Part shown: in pieces, positions 1-8,750 of the stretch | Position numbering within the stretch: position 1 is the stretch's first letter | Layout: the number at the start of each line of letters is the position of its first letter | IMG/VR virus record: IMGVR_UViG_2778260994_000003 | Location: 1-26,772 of that record | Length of the DNA stretch: 26,772 bases | Strand: one strand, 5' to 3' | Source: a virus | Lineage: Duplodnaviria > Heunggongvirae > Uroviricota > Caudoviricetes | Made by a program: the position numbers and the translations under genes | The notes under the pieces: model-generated | Databases searched by the model: none | Seen by the model: only the letters and a program-made list of their open reading frames with translations | Told to the model about the DNA's origin: nothing

Positions 1-1284
1 TTACAGACTTCTGGAAGGTTGCGCAGCTCTTACAACACGCGGTTGATCTTCCGCAGCGTCTTCCAGCGCACTTAAATCACGGTCTTTCACTTCTGGCATT
101 TTCAGCGCAGAGATTAAACCAATCACTGAATATGCCATGATCATAATGGCGATCGGATACCAGGATTCCGTCATGGTGCAGAAAATACCCGCCAGGATAG
201 GACCAAAACCGGAAGCGATAAGACCACCAATTTCTTTAGAAATGGCCATCCGGGTAAAGCGGTTTTTACAGCCGAACATTTCTGCCATGGTAATGTTTTC
301 CAGAGCAAATAATCCCAGCACCGCACAGTTATGAATCACAATCAGTGCAACCATAATGGTGCTCGGGGCATAGCTTTTATCTACAATGATAGAAAGCATT
401 GGCCATGCCAGCACAATCGCGGAGGTATTCATAATAATATACGGGATCCGGCGACCAATTTTATCGGATAACCAACCAAGGAACGGAATGGTCATAAAGC
501 CGAGAATCGAACTAATCATCAATGCATCTGTTGGAATTGCTTTGTTAAACAATAACGTCTGCACTAAATAGCCTGCAAGGAAAGTCTGAATTAACCCGGA
601 GTTACCCGCCTGACCAAAACGCAGCCCTGTTGCCAGCCAGAAGGATTTGCTCTGGAACATGCTACCAGCAGGTGCAGGTTTTGCTGTGGGTTGGTTGCTG
701 TCATTAACCTTCTCAAAGACCGGGCTTTCTTTCAGATTCATACGTAACCAGATAGCAAAGACCATCACGACAACGCTCGCCAGGAACGGTATACGCCATC
801 CCCACGCCAGCAGTTCCTCTTTACTGAGAATGAAGAACATAAAGGCCCAGATTGCCGTTGCGCTCAAGGTTCCGCAGTTAGTTCCCATAGCTACAAATGA
901 GGAGATAATTCCGCGCTTACCTTTTGGTGCATATTCCGCCAGCATCGTACCGGCACCGGAAATTTCCGCACCTGCACCCAACCCCTGAATAATACGCAGC
1001 GTCACCAGCAAGATGGGGGCAAAAACACCAATCTGTGCATAGGTCGGTAACACACCAATTAAGGTGGTACAGATCCCCATCATGGTGATGGTAATAAAGA
1101 GCACTTTTTTACGCCCTATTCTGTCGCCCATTTTGCCGAAAATAAATGCTCCGACAATACGCGCCACATAACCTGCACCGTAGGTTCCCATTGCCAAAAT
1201 TAACGCCATTGCCGTTGATGATTCAGGAAAAAATATTTCATGAAACACCAACGCTGCGCCGAGCGAATATAACTGGAAATCCAT
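1..1284 (-). CDS. ydfJ: MHS-family MFS transporter (YdfJ-like), apparently lacking its 5' end
   Basis: 427-aa ORF with MFS motifs (GKMGDRIGRKK, 12 predicted TM segments). The ORF begins MDFQLY, i.e. inside the conserved TM1 motif (E-W-F-D-F) of ProP/KgtP-type transporters, so about 25-30 N-terminal residues appear missing. Prophage tail-fibre remnants follow immediately. Symbol from remembered similarity to the E. coli Qin-flanking ydfJ. Confidence 0.75.
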   Translation of the reverse strand: MDFQLYSLGAALVFHEIFFPESSTAMALILAMGTYGAGYVARIVGAFIFGKMGDRIGRKKVLFITITMMGICTTLIGVLPTYAQIGVFAPILLVTLRIIQGLGAGAEISGAGTMLAEYAPKGKRGIISSFVAMGTNCGTLSATAIWAFMFFILSKEELLAWGWRIPFLASVVVMVFAIWLRMNLKESPVFEKVNDSNQPTAKPAPAGSMFQSKSFWLATGLRFGQAGNSGLIQTFLAGYLVQTLLFNKAIPTDALMISSILGFMTIPFLGWLSDKIGRRIPYIIMNTSAIVLAWPMLSIIVDKSYAPSTIMVALIVIHNCAVLGLFALENITMAEMFGCKNRFTRMAISKEIGGLIASGFGPILAGIFCTMTESWYPIAIMIMAYSVIGLISALKMPEVKDRDLSALEDAAEDQPRVVRAAQPSRSL

Positions 1285-1503
1285 AATTCATAGATATTTT
1301 TTACCATCCTATGGATTTTTGGGCGTTTTCTAAGTTTTTTCAGATGGTTGTATTTTTTCTAAAAACTCCTGATCTCGATTTTGCTGTTTGTCTGAGACCT
1401 TTTTATGTCCCATATATGCCCCAAGGTGCCCCATGTAAATCCAATTCAACTCAAAGCATCCCTGTTCAATATTTTTACAAGGGGCTTGCATATCAGTGTT
1501 TTT

Positions 1504-2070
1504 TTATTGCGTAACGTCAAACGCTCGGATTGAGCGTAAATCATCAAGATTATTCAGCTCTTCCTTCATCTCCCGCTGACGACGATAAATCTCGTCATTG
1601 CGATCGGCCTGTGCCCGTGCCATTACTGCCGCAAGTTCTTCCAGTTCCTGCATCGTCAGGAGGATTGGCGTATTCTCTCCATCTCCCCAAACAATTGTTT
1701 CTCTGCCAGCTCCTGATTTCGCCGCCATTACCACTGGTAAGAGGCGGGACAGCGAAACCGGACCAGCATTCCATTTGTGACCTTTCCATTCCAGCATGAA
1801 CGACATGGACTCCTGTTCCTGACGCCATACTTCGATCTCACACACTTTAGCCTCTTTTTCTGCGGCAATAAGTTCAGGCGTAACGGTAAACCGGGCTATT
1901 CCGCCCCACTTCCCGCTTTGCAGTTCCTGCCAGACCTGTTTACCCATTTCCGCAACATCATTCTCAACAGCGGTATAAGGTAGATGTACCTCCTGCCCCT
2001 CCAAAAGCACTTCACAATATACAGCACCATCCTCCAGAAACATGGCATTTCTTATATTTTTTATCTGCAT
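1504..2070 (-). CDS. Putative tail-fibre assembly/chaperone protein
   Basis: 188-aa ORF starting 7 nt after the tail-fibre fragment stop, the position where lambdoid phages carry tfa. No canonical Tfa C-terminal motif was recognised, so the function is positional inference. Confidence 0.4.
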   Translation of the reverse strand: MQIKNIRNAMFLEDGAVYCEVLLEGQEVHLPYTAVENDVAEMGKQVWQELQSGKWGGIARFTVTPELIAAEKEAKVCEIEVWRQEQESMSFMLEWKGHKWNAGPVSLSRLLPVVMAAKSGAGRETIVWGDGENTPILLTMQELEELAAVMARAQADRNDEIYRRQREMKEELNNLDDLRSIRAFDVTQ

Positions 2071-2076
2071 ACTCTG

Positions 2077-2670
2077 TCACCCGACCCGCACAAATAATCC
2101 TATATACGCTTCCTTTCCGTTGGTGGTATAAAGACCATCTCCCCCCAGAGACTGATACACTCCGGGAAATGCCGATGTATTCGTTCTGCCAATGACAAAC
2201 GTTGCCTCCCCTTTCATTGTGCCTGCTCCTGTCACGCCTCCCACTACTATTTCCACCGGCGCAAGTGCTTTTCCCGGGCATGGTTGTCCACGACTCAGGC
2301 GCATTAAAACTCCACCTTCCGCTACTCCCAAAAAAGCTGCCATAACCACACTGCCGATATCCGGTTTCGGCGAACTGATACTTCTTAAAAATTCATCCTT
2401 TGATAATTTGCTCTGAGCCTCATCCATTACCACTTTGACCGCTTTTGGGGTTGCCGCCAGTGACTCGGAAGTGCTGTTTGTCGCACTACTGAGTTGTACT
2501 ATCCCTTTCTGTGCTGTCGTTGCATTCTGTGCGGTGTATTTCCCGTTAGCCAGGTCATACGCGGCCTTAACTGCTTTTGGCGTTGCCGCCAGTGACTCGG
2601 AAGTACTGTTTGTCGCACTGCTGAGTTGTACTATCCCCTTTTTCGTCGTGCTCGCATCCTCAAGCGCCAC
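2077..2670 (-). pseudogene. Side tail-fibre gene, C-terminal fragment (stf remnant)
   Basis: Encodes two copies of the tail-fibre repeat peptide KGIVQLSSATNSTSESLAATPKAVK. It has no plausible start and its 5' end overlaps the Nu1 remnant in another frame, indicating a deletion junction near 2670-2690. Confidence 0.7.
2441..2637. repeat. Two near-identical ~65-bp copies at a 132-bp (44-codon) period inside the tail-fibre fragment
   Basis: Copy 1 about 2441..2505 and copy 2 about 2573..2637 (gcttttggSgttgccgccagtgactcggaagtRctgtttgtcgcactRctgagttgtactatccc). They encode the repeated tail-fibre peptide. Confidence 0.8.
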
Positions 2671-2900
2671 GGCGTATGCAATATCCTCTGCCGCAGTTCT
2701 TCAACTTCCCGGCGCAGCTTTTCGTTCTCAATTTCAGCATCCCTTTCGGCATACCATCTTATAACGGCGGCAGAGTCATAAAGCACCTCATTACCCTTGC
2801 CACCGCCTCGCAGAACGGGCATTCCCTGTTCCTGCCAGTTCTGAATGGTACGGATACTCGCACCGAAAATGTCAGCCAGCTGCTTTTTGTTGACTTCCAT
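2631..2900 (-). pseudogene. Terminase small subunit Nu1, N-terminal ~71 codons only (nohA/nohD-type remnant)
   Basis: N-terminus MEVNKKQLADIFGASIRTIQNWQEQGMPVLRGGGKGNEVLYDSAAV matches phage lambda Nu1 as I recall it. After about residue 71 the frame diverges into unrelated sequence and stops. Confidence 0.85.
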
Positions 2901-3077
2901 TGTTCATTCCACGGCCAAAAACAGAGAAAGGAAACGACAGAGGCCCAAAAGCTCGTTTTCAGCACCTGTCGTTTCCTTTCTTTTTAGGGGGTGTTTTAAA
3001 TAAAAACATGAAGTTACGGCGAAGAAGAACGGAAACGCCTTAAGCCGGAAAATTTTCATAAATAGCGAAAACCCGCG

Positions 3078-3089
3078 AGGTCGCCGCCC
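3078..3089 (-). other. cosN cohesive-end sequence (GGGCGGCGACCT on the minus strand) with flanking lambda-like cos region
   Basis: The minus strand reads CCGATCCGACAGGTTACG-GGGCGGCGACCTCGCGGGTTTTCGCTATTTATGAAAATTTTCCGG, which matches the lambda right-end/left-end junction as remembered. The cosB-like region lies between 2901 and 3077, upstream of the Nu1 remnant. Confidence 0.75.
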
Positions 3090-3288
3090 CGTAACCTGTC
3101 GGATCGCCGGAAAGGACCCGCAAAATGATAATAATTATCATCTACATGTCACAACGTGCATCTACGCCATCAAACCACGTCAAATAATCAATTATGACGC
3201 AGGTATCGTATTAATTGATCTGCATCAACTTAACGTAAAAACAACTTCAGACAATACAAATCAGCGACACTGAATACGGGGCAACCTC

Positions 3289-3483
3289 ATGTCAACTAAG
3301 AACAGAACCCGCAGAACAACAACCCGCAACATCCGCTTTCCTAACCAAATGATTGAACAAATTAACATCGCTCTTGAGCAAAAAGGGTCTGGGAATTTCT
3401 CAGCCTGGGTCATTGAAGCCTGCCGTCGGAGACTAACGTCAGAAAAGAGAGCATATACATCAATCCAAAGTGATGATGAATAA
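3289..3483 (+). CDS. Small prophage protein, YlcI/YnfO-like (DUF3950-type)
   Basis: 64-aa basic ORF between the cos/Nu1 remnant and bor, the same position ylcI occupies in DLP12. Family assignment is from memory only. Confidence 0.5.
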   Translation: MSTKNRTRRTTTRNIRFPNQMIEQINIALEQKGSGNFSAWVIEACRRRLTSEKRAYTSIQSDDE

Positions 3484-3843
3484 ACATCCCGGTTTCTTCC
3501 ACCATCGCACCGGAAAAGCGACTATGAGGGTAACCCTGCGTCTGTCAGCACAGTAAAACCCGGTGTGCATCGTTTTTGATTATTCCCGCACACTCACGCA
3601 GAAGGAATTCCCCGTCGGGCTACGGTCATGGTTAATGCGGGAATACGGCGACGATACAGCGCAGCTAAAAGGGTAATGGACAGATAGAGCGGTTTATTTC
3701 ATTCCACAGGATTCTGAGTGCCCCCCCTCCTCCAATAGGCTGAGCATCCACCTATATAGTTTTAATTTTCATCAATCCATTTAACTATCGTTTAATTGTT
3801 GTCACATAGGATTCTGCCGTTTTTAACAATGCAGGATAATAAG

Positions 3844-4137
3844 ATGAAAAAAATGTTGTTTTCTGCCGCTCTGGCAATGCTTATTACAGGATGTGCTCAA
3901 CAGACGTTTACTGTTGGAAACAAACCGACAGCAGTAACACCAAAGGAAACCATCACCCATCATTTCTTCGTTTCGGGAATTGGACAGGAGAAAACTGTTG
4001 ATGCAGCCAAAATTTGTGGCGGCGCAGAAAATGTTGTTAAAACAGAAACCCAGCAAACATTCGTAAATGGATTTCTCGGTTTTATTACTTTAGGCATTTA
4101 TACTCCGCTGGAAGCGCGTGTGTATTGCTCACAATAA
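3844..4137 (+). CDS. bor: Bor/Iss-family outer-membrane lipoprotein
   Basis: MKKMLFSAALAMLITGCAQQTFTV...TPLEARVYCSQ with lipobox LITGC, near-identical to lambda Bor as recalled. AGGA motif upstream of the ATG at 3844. The track ORF beginning at 3796 is an N-terminal over-extension. Confidence 0.9.
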   Translation: MKKMLFSAALAMLITGCAQQTFTVGNKPTAVTPKETITHHFFVSGIGQEKTVDAAKICGGAENVVKTETQQTFVNGFLGFITLGIYTPLEARVYCSQ

Positions 4138-4309
4138 CTGCATGAGTTGCCCATCAAACGGGCAACTCTTTCTACTTTGTTCCTCCCCCCCCGGAAACGG
4201 CGGAAGTAAGAAATTATGTCATCGAATGATCACAAACATAGAATTTCATGCTTTCCGGACGCAAGTGACCCCTTCATTTTTCAGCAAAATATTCTGCTCT
4301 TACAGGCGA

Positions 4310-4492
4310 TCAATTCTGCATACACTGCCGAACACCGTCGACAATTTCACAGACCTGAGAAGCCGTATCGAAAAGCTGGCGCGCTTTATCCAGGCTGACG
4401 CATCCCACCAAGAAAAAAGGCACCAGTATCGCTACCAGTGCCCATTTCGCCGCCGTTCGCGGCATTCTGTGTGTCCAGTGTTTTCGCGTCAT
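4310..4492 (-). CDS. Small predicted lipoprotein (lipobox LVGC), function unknown
   Basis: 60-aa ORF with a signal-peptide-like N-terminus (KWALVAILVPFFLVGC). Its start is coupled (TGATATG) to an upstream 36-aa single-TM ORF at about 4497..4607 that has a GAGG Shine-Dalgarno. Confidence 0.4.
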   Translation of the reverse strand: MTRKHWTHRMPRTAAKWALVAILVPFFLVGCVSLDKARQLFDTASQVCEIVDGVRQCMQN

Positions 4493-4703
4493 ATCACCAC
4501 CAACGCACAGCCCAAATCAGAACAGCGACCGCCACAAGGCGAATTGCAAAGGCCGCAGCCCTTGTCAAATCAAGGCTCGCGGGAGTTTCCACTTCAATAC
4601 CTTTCATAATGGACAACCTCAAAAAGAATCTTTTATACTTTCCCACGAGGATTTTCTCCGTACTCACTACTCACAATTTCCTCTTTGACGTGAAAACTAA
4701 AAA

Positions 4704-4728
4704 CCCCGGACTGTTCCAGCAGCCGGGG
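4704..4728. terminator. Bidirectional intrinsic terminator-like hairpin downstream of the endolysin
   Basis: CCCCGG-13 nt-CCGGGG stem with T-runs following it on both strands. Confidence 0.55.
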
Positions 4729-4826
4729 TTTTTGCTATCTGATGCTGTACCCCTTACTTTCGCTCATCGTAACCCCAGAAAAGAGCCTGCGTGAGTTGAG
4801 GGTGTTCAGCACTTCAGCGTCAGTTT

Positions 4827-5372
4827 TTAAACTGCTACGCGCTCTTTCATCCAGCCGTAGACAAACGACTCGTTGGCCTCGCGTTTTTCTGCCAGCTCCA
4901 GATAGCGGTCGCCCTGCGTGCAATTCAGCGCCTTCAGCATCACCAGTTCGCCGTCTTTGCCGCGTTTTTGCAGATAAGTCCGTAGTGCATTAATCGTGCG
5001 GGGGCCGATACGCCCGTCTGCGTCCATATCCGGGAACAATTTGCCTTGCAGGTTGAAAACGTTCAGCCAGCGTTGGAGCATTTTCGATGCTACGGACGGC
5101 CCCATATTCACACCGGTATCACACAACTCTGCAGCAATATCAGAGGATAATGCGGCCACCTGATCAAAGCGTGGTCCGAACCAGTAATCCGCCTCAAGGA
5201 TTTCCAGTGCCTGTTCGCGTGTCAGGTCACGCATATCGCCCTGATATCCGTGAGCGCGGGCGACTTTTTCCGTAATACCCCATTTTGTCGGTCCGCCTTT
5301 ATCATCCGGGTGATTGACGTAACCGCCCTCTTTTCCCAGAACTTCGTCAAAAATTTCATCTTTCGACTTCAT
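4827..5372 (-). CDS. Endolysin, GH108-type muramidase with C-terminal peptidoglycan-binding domain
   Basis: Motif EGGYVNHPDDKGGPTKWGIT near the N-terminus and DADGRIGPRT near the C-terminus. The ATG at 5372 is coupled to the upstream stop (TGATATG). The track start at 5393 is probably an over-extension. Confidence 0.8.
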   Translation of the reverse strand: MKSKDEIFDEVLGKEGGYVNHPDDKGGPTKWGITEKVARAHGYQGDMRDLTREQALEILEADYWFGPRFDQVAALSSDIAAELCDTGVNMGPSVASKMLQRWLNVFNLQGKLFPDMDADGRIGPRTINALRTYLQKRGKDGELVMLKALNCTQGDRYLELAEKREANESFVYGWMKERVAV

Positions 5373-5373
5373 A

Positions 5374-5652
5374 TCAGCGTCTTCGTAATACAAAGATTTT
5401 TGAAACGTTCCCGCGTGCGCGAATAACCAACACGCAGAACAGCAGATTAAGCCCCACCGCCAGCCAGTTCGCCGCTAACGGGCGACCGCACAGATAACTG
5501 AGTGGTGCAAAGGCATAAAGCAGCATCAGCAGCCAGGCCAGCCATGACATCAACGGTTTATGTCTGGAATCACGACGACGATAAAAAAAGAGCGTCAGCA
5601 CGATAACCGTGCATAACGCCACATTCAGCAATCCGGGAAGGTTACTTAACAT
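5374..5652 (-). CDS. Lysis-cassette membrane protein (holin or antiholin-like, 3 predicted TM)
   Basis: 92-aa hydrophobic protein with GGAGG upstream of the ATG at 5652. It overlaps the upstream ORF's stop and abuts the endolysin start. Confidence 0.5.
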   Translation of the reverse strand: MLSNLPGLLNVALCTVIVLTLFFYRRRDSRHKPLMSWLAWLLMLLYAFAPLSYLCGRPLAANWLAVGLNLLFCVLVIRARGNVSKIFVLRRR

Positions 5653-6034
5653 TGCCGCCTCCTCCGCCCCGCAGACGGGAGAACAGACCGGACACCAGTG
5701 ATGCAATATCCTGCTGGTGGATGAACGAGAGAATCTTCACCGACACCACTGACACCAGTACTGCACACAATGCGTCGACAGGTGCACCGTCAAACTCTGT
5801 ATGCTTTACCAGCCAGGATGCCAGAACTTCTGCCCCCAGCACACCAACAATGAACGACACCAGAAAATGTGCCGCCACACGCCAGGCTGAAAGCGCCTGC
5901 GGCATCGTTGCCACAAATAACGCCCCGGCAAAGGCACCAAACACAATCCCGAAATCCGTTCCGGTAAACAGCCCGTACACCGTCGCCCCGCCGAGCGCTG
6001 CAGCCGTGCCGGAACCGGATAAGGGTTCAGACAT
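5642..6034 (-). CDS. Putative holin (Gly/Ala-rich multi-TM protein)
   Basis: 130-aa membrane protein starting MSEPLSG with AGGAG 7 nt upstream. It is the first gene of the lysis cassette. Confidence 0.5.
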   Translation of the reverse strand: MSEPLSGSGTAAALGGATVYGLFTGTDFGIVFGAFAGALFVATMPQALSAWRVAAHFLVSFIVGVLGAEVLASWLVKHTEFDGAPVDALCAVLVSVVSVKILSFIHQQDIASLVSGLFSRLRGGGGGNVK

Positions 6035-6051
6035 ACTTTTTCTCCTGTAAA

Positions 6052-6074
6052 TAAAAAAGGGCCACCAGCGGCCC
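6052..6074 (-). terminator. Short GC hairpin plus T-run on the minus strand, immediately upstream of the holin RBS (tR'-like position)
   Basis: GGGCC-6 nt-GGCCC followed on the minus strand by TTTTTTATTT. Confidence 0.4.
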
Positions 6075-6395
6075 GTAAAAAAACACCCCGTGAAAGGCAC
6101 CCGCAGATACCTTTTATGTGGTGTTATCTGATGTGATATGCGCCTGACGTGGCTCGGAGAAAATGAAATAAAGCTTATCTGAAATTAAGGTTAATCCGGG
6201 GGTTTAAACCATTTTTAAAGCTTAGTAATATCAAATCGTCTCCTGGAGGAGACTGATGCTTATTCTTCTTCACGGACTTTGTCCCGCGGCGTTAATCCGA
6301 CAGCCGCGCTTTTTTTGCGCTCAGTTCATTATTGGCTTTCATGGCCTTGCCACACGGGTAATATCAATGCCCGTGTATTCTTTTCTGAGTTCAGA

Positions 6396-6423
6396 ATAAA
6401 AAAAACCGCCCGGAACGGCGGTT
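6396..6423 (-). terminator. Intrinsic terminator (minus strand) downstream of the tRNA genes
   Basis: AACCGCC-6 nt-GGCGGTT stem followed on the minus strand by a 9-nt T-run. Confidence 0.65.
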
Positions 6424-6781
6424 GAAAAATGCCAGAGATGAATCATTTTTGTAGTAGAAAAACAGAGGTGTCGGGTGCCCCCCGAAGTATCCATCTCTCC
6501 ATGAATACTGTGGTTTCCCGCTAAACAGTTACATAAACCACCCTCGCACTGAGGAACACCTCTGTAGTGTTATTTACAACACCGGGATAGTGCATCATCG
6601 GCCCCTGTCAGGAAATGCTCAATTTCCACCGATAATGCACCATTCCAGTGGTGTAAAAAACAGCACTGTGGCTATAACCGACCTCAAATCACAGCCAGAA
6701 AACAGAATGCCTTTTAAAAACAACCTGCTCCCACGCAATAAAAAATACGCCAGTGCAACGATACAATAAGGCTTGTTTCTC

Positions 6782-6856
<75 letters not shown>

Positions 6857-6859
6857 ATA

Positions 6860-6935
<76 letters not shown>

Positions 6936-7103
6936 ACAGGTTCCTCAAGAGAAATAAAAATGACCGCGCTTACATCCCCTTCGGAACCGGGTACCGATAT
7001 TAATAATGCCAGCTCTCTTTTCAATGGAAAATCATATCAAGATTTGTAAATATACGTATATATTTTTATTTTTTATGAAATAAAGAAATTATTAAATGCA
7101 TAT

Positions 7104-8150
7104 TTAACGATTATTTTTTATTTCAGTTACAGTCTGATTAAATCTCTCTTCTTCCAGTTCCACGCCAATTGCGCGACGTCCCAGTGAAAGTGCTGCTTTT
7201 ATTGTTGAGCCAGACCCCATAAAAAAATCAGCGACCAAATCACCGGGGCGACTGCTGGCAGTAATTATCTGACGCAACATATCTGCCGGTTTTTCACAGG
7301 GATGTTTGCCTGGATAATACTGCACAGGCTTGTGCGTCCAGACATCCGTATACGGAACAGCAGCTGATACGGAAAAATAACGCCGCAGGGATTTATACTC
7401 CTCCTGCAGGCTGGCATATTGCCGGTTCAGTTCACTGTATGTGCTGACCAGCTGGTGGTGCGGCTTTTCCAGCTCCCCGCGCTGATGTTTTTCTGCTGCA
7501 ACACGCGCGAACAGCGCCTGAAGTTTTTTGTAATCAGCCTCGTTCGGCAACTGCCACTGACTGGCACCAAACCAGTGTGACGCCATGTTTTTCTTTCCGG
7601 TGGCTTCCGCTATCTGTTTTGATGTTATCCCCAGAGATTCTCGCGCATCACGAAAGTAAGAAATCAGCGGGGCCATGACGCACTGTTTAAGCTCGCGCCC
7701 CTTTGCCGCATAGCCGTCATTTTTGGGCTGGTATGGCCCCTGATAATGTTCAGCAAACAGAATGCGCTCTGTTGCCGGGAAATACGCCCGCAGGCTTTCC
7801 TTGTTGCATCCGTTCCAGCGTCCGGACGGCTTCGCCCAGATAATGTGGTTCAGCACATTAAAGCGTTCACGCATCATGATTTCGATATCAGATGCCAGGC
7901 GATGCCCACAGAACAGGTAAAGGCTTCCGGCAGGTTTCAACACCCGCCAGAACTGGGCCAGACAGTGGTCCAGCCACTTAAGGTAATCTTCGTCCCCTTT
8001 CCACTGATTGTCCCAACCGTTGGGTTTCACCTTGAAGTAAGGCGGATCGGTAACAATCAGGTCAATGGAATCATCAGGCAGGGACTGAATAAAATGCAGG
8101 CAATCAGCGTTGATTAAATCAACACTGTTTATTTTTACAGTATTTTTCAT
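7104..8150 (-). CDS. DNA methyltransferase, beta-class N6-adenine/N4-cytosine type (orphan, phage late region)
   Basis: N-terminal DPPY motif (SIDLIVTDPPYF) and C-terminal SAM-binding motif (DFFMGSGST), the permuted order typical of beta-class amino-MTases. No cognate nuclease is adjacent. Confidence 0.85.
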   Translation of the reverse strand: MKNTVKINSVDLINADCLHFIQSLPDDSIDLIVTDPPYFKVKPNGWDNQWKGDEDYLKWLDHCLAQFWRVLKPAGSLYLFCGHRLASDIEIMMRERFNVLNHIIWAKPSGRWNGCNKESLRAYFPATERILFAEHYQGPYQPKNDGYAAKGRELKQCVMAPLISYFRDARESLGITSKQIAEATGKKNMASHWFGASQWQLPNEADYKKLQALFARVAAEKHQRGELEKPHHQLVSTYSELNRQYASLQEEYKSLRRYFSVSAAVPYTDVWTHKPVQYYPGKHPCEKPADMLRQIITASSRPGDLVADFFMGSGSTIKAALSLGRRAIGVELEEERFNQTVTEIKNNR

Positions 8151-8299
8151 GGATCAGTAAGCGTAACTCTGGTAGGCTCACTCTGCTTTTGCGCTAAAGC
8201 AGTGGGCCGTGGTTCGCTTGTGACCAGTAAGCATGAGCGAATGGCTGGCAGGTGCTACCAACACCCACCAGCCGCCCATTTTCACAAATTAAAAGCCCT

Positions 8300-8518
8300 T
8301 CATTGCTGAAGACGTCTGTAACAGCCGAACTGGTAATCTGCCAGCCCCGCCATAACCAACTGGGTCAGTATTAACTGACAGCGTTCGCGTGAAAGGTATG
8401 TGTTTTGTGCAATCTCCCCGACTGTTGCCGGTTCGATGCTTAATTCATTAAAAACAACTTTCGCCGTTTCTGTCATATCTTGCTGTTTTAGCATGTCTTT
8501 TTCCCTTCTGGTTAACAT
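8300..8518 (-). CDS. Hypothetical small protein, possible winged-helix fold
   Basis: 72-aa ORF with a weak RBS at the first ATG; an internal ATG at about 8494 has a better AAGGGA. Function unknown. Confidence 0.35.
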   Translation of the reverse strand: MLTRREKDMLKQQDMTETAKVVFNELSIEPATVGEIAQNTYLSRERCQLILTQLVMAGLADYQFGCYRRLQQ

Positions 8519-8616
8519 GACATACCAATAACTCTTGTCTAAAAAGCCAGCAAGATAAAAAGTCAGTATTCACTACCACCAGCGTGTTTACCGTACTGCA
8601 CCAAGTTTACAGGTAC

Positions 8617-8642
8617 AAAAAAACCCGCTCGACGGCGGGTTT
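8617..8642 (-). terminator. Intrinsic terminator on the minus strand
   Basis: AAACCCGC-6 nt-GCGGGTTT stem followed on the minus strand by a 7-nt T-run, in the divergent intergenic region upstream of the HslV-like gene. Confidence 0.65.
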
Positions 8643-8707
8643 AAGCTGTGTGGCGAAGTAACCACTCTTAACAGATTACAAGAATTTTTGCGTACGCGTT
8701 AATTTTT

Positions 8708-8737
8708 TTGTATTTTTCTCATTACACAACATATAAA
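8708..8737 (+). promoter_or_regulatory. Candidate sigma70 promoter for the HslV-like gene
   Basis: TTGTAT (8708..8713), 18-nt spacer, TATAAA (8732..8737). This would give a near-leaderless transcript; there is no obvious Shine-Dalgarno before the ATG at 8751. Confidence 0.3.
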
Positions 8738-8750
8738 CCCTATGTAAAAA

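Noticed and set aside
2435-2764. 109-aa plus-strand ORF with an internally repeated peptide
   Set aside because: Mirror image of the tail-fibre tandem repeat on the other strand; the repetition is a nucleotide-level artefact, not an independent gene.
4118-4609. 163-aa plus-strand ORF downstream of bor
   Set aside because: Cys/Arg/Pro-rich low-complexity translation with no RBS, antisense to the better-supported minus-strand TM-ORF/lipoprotein pair.
5652-6050. 132-aa plus-strand ORF
   Set aside because: Lies entirely antisense to the holin gene; Pro/Ser/Thr-rich with no start context. Spurious.
6462-6565. Long-range inverted repeat (CAGAGGTGT ... ACACCTCTG) as a possible third tRNA or tRNA remnant
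   Set aside because: No T-loop, D-arm or anticodon-arm structure can be drawn; it may be a structured leader but is not a tRNA.
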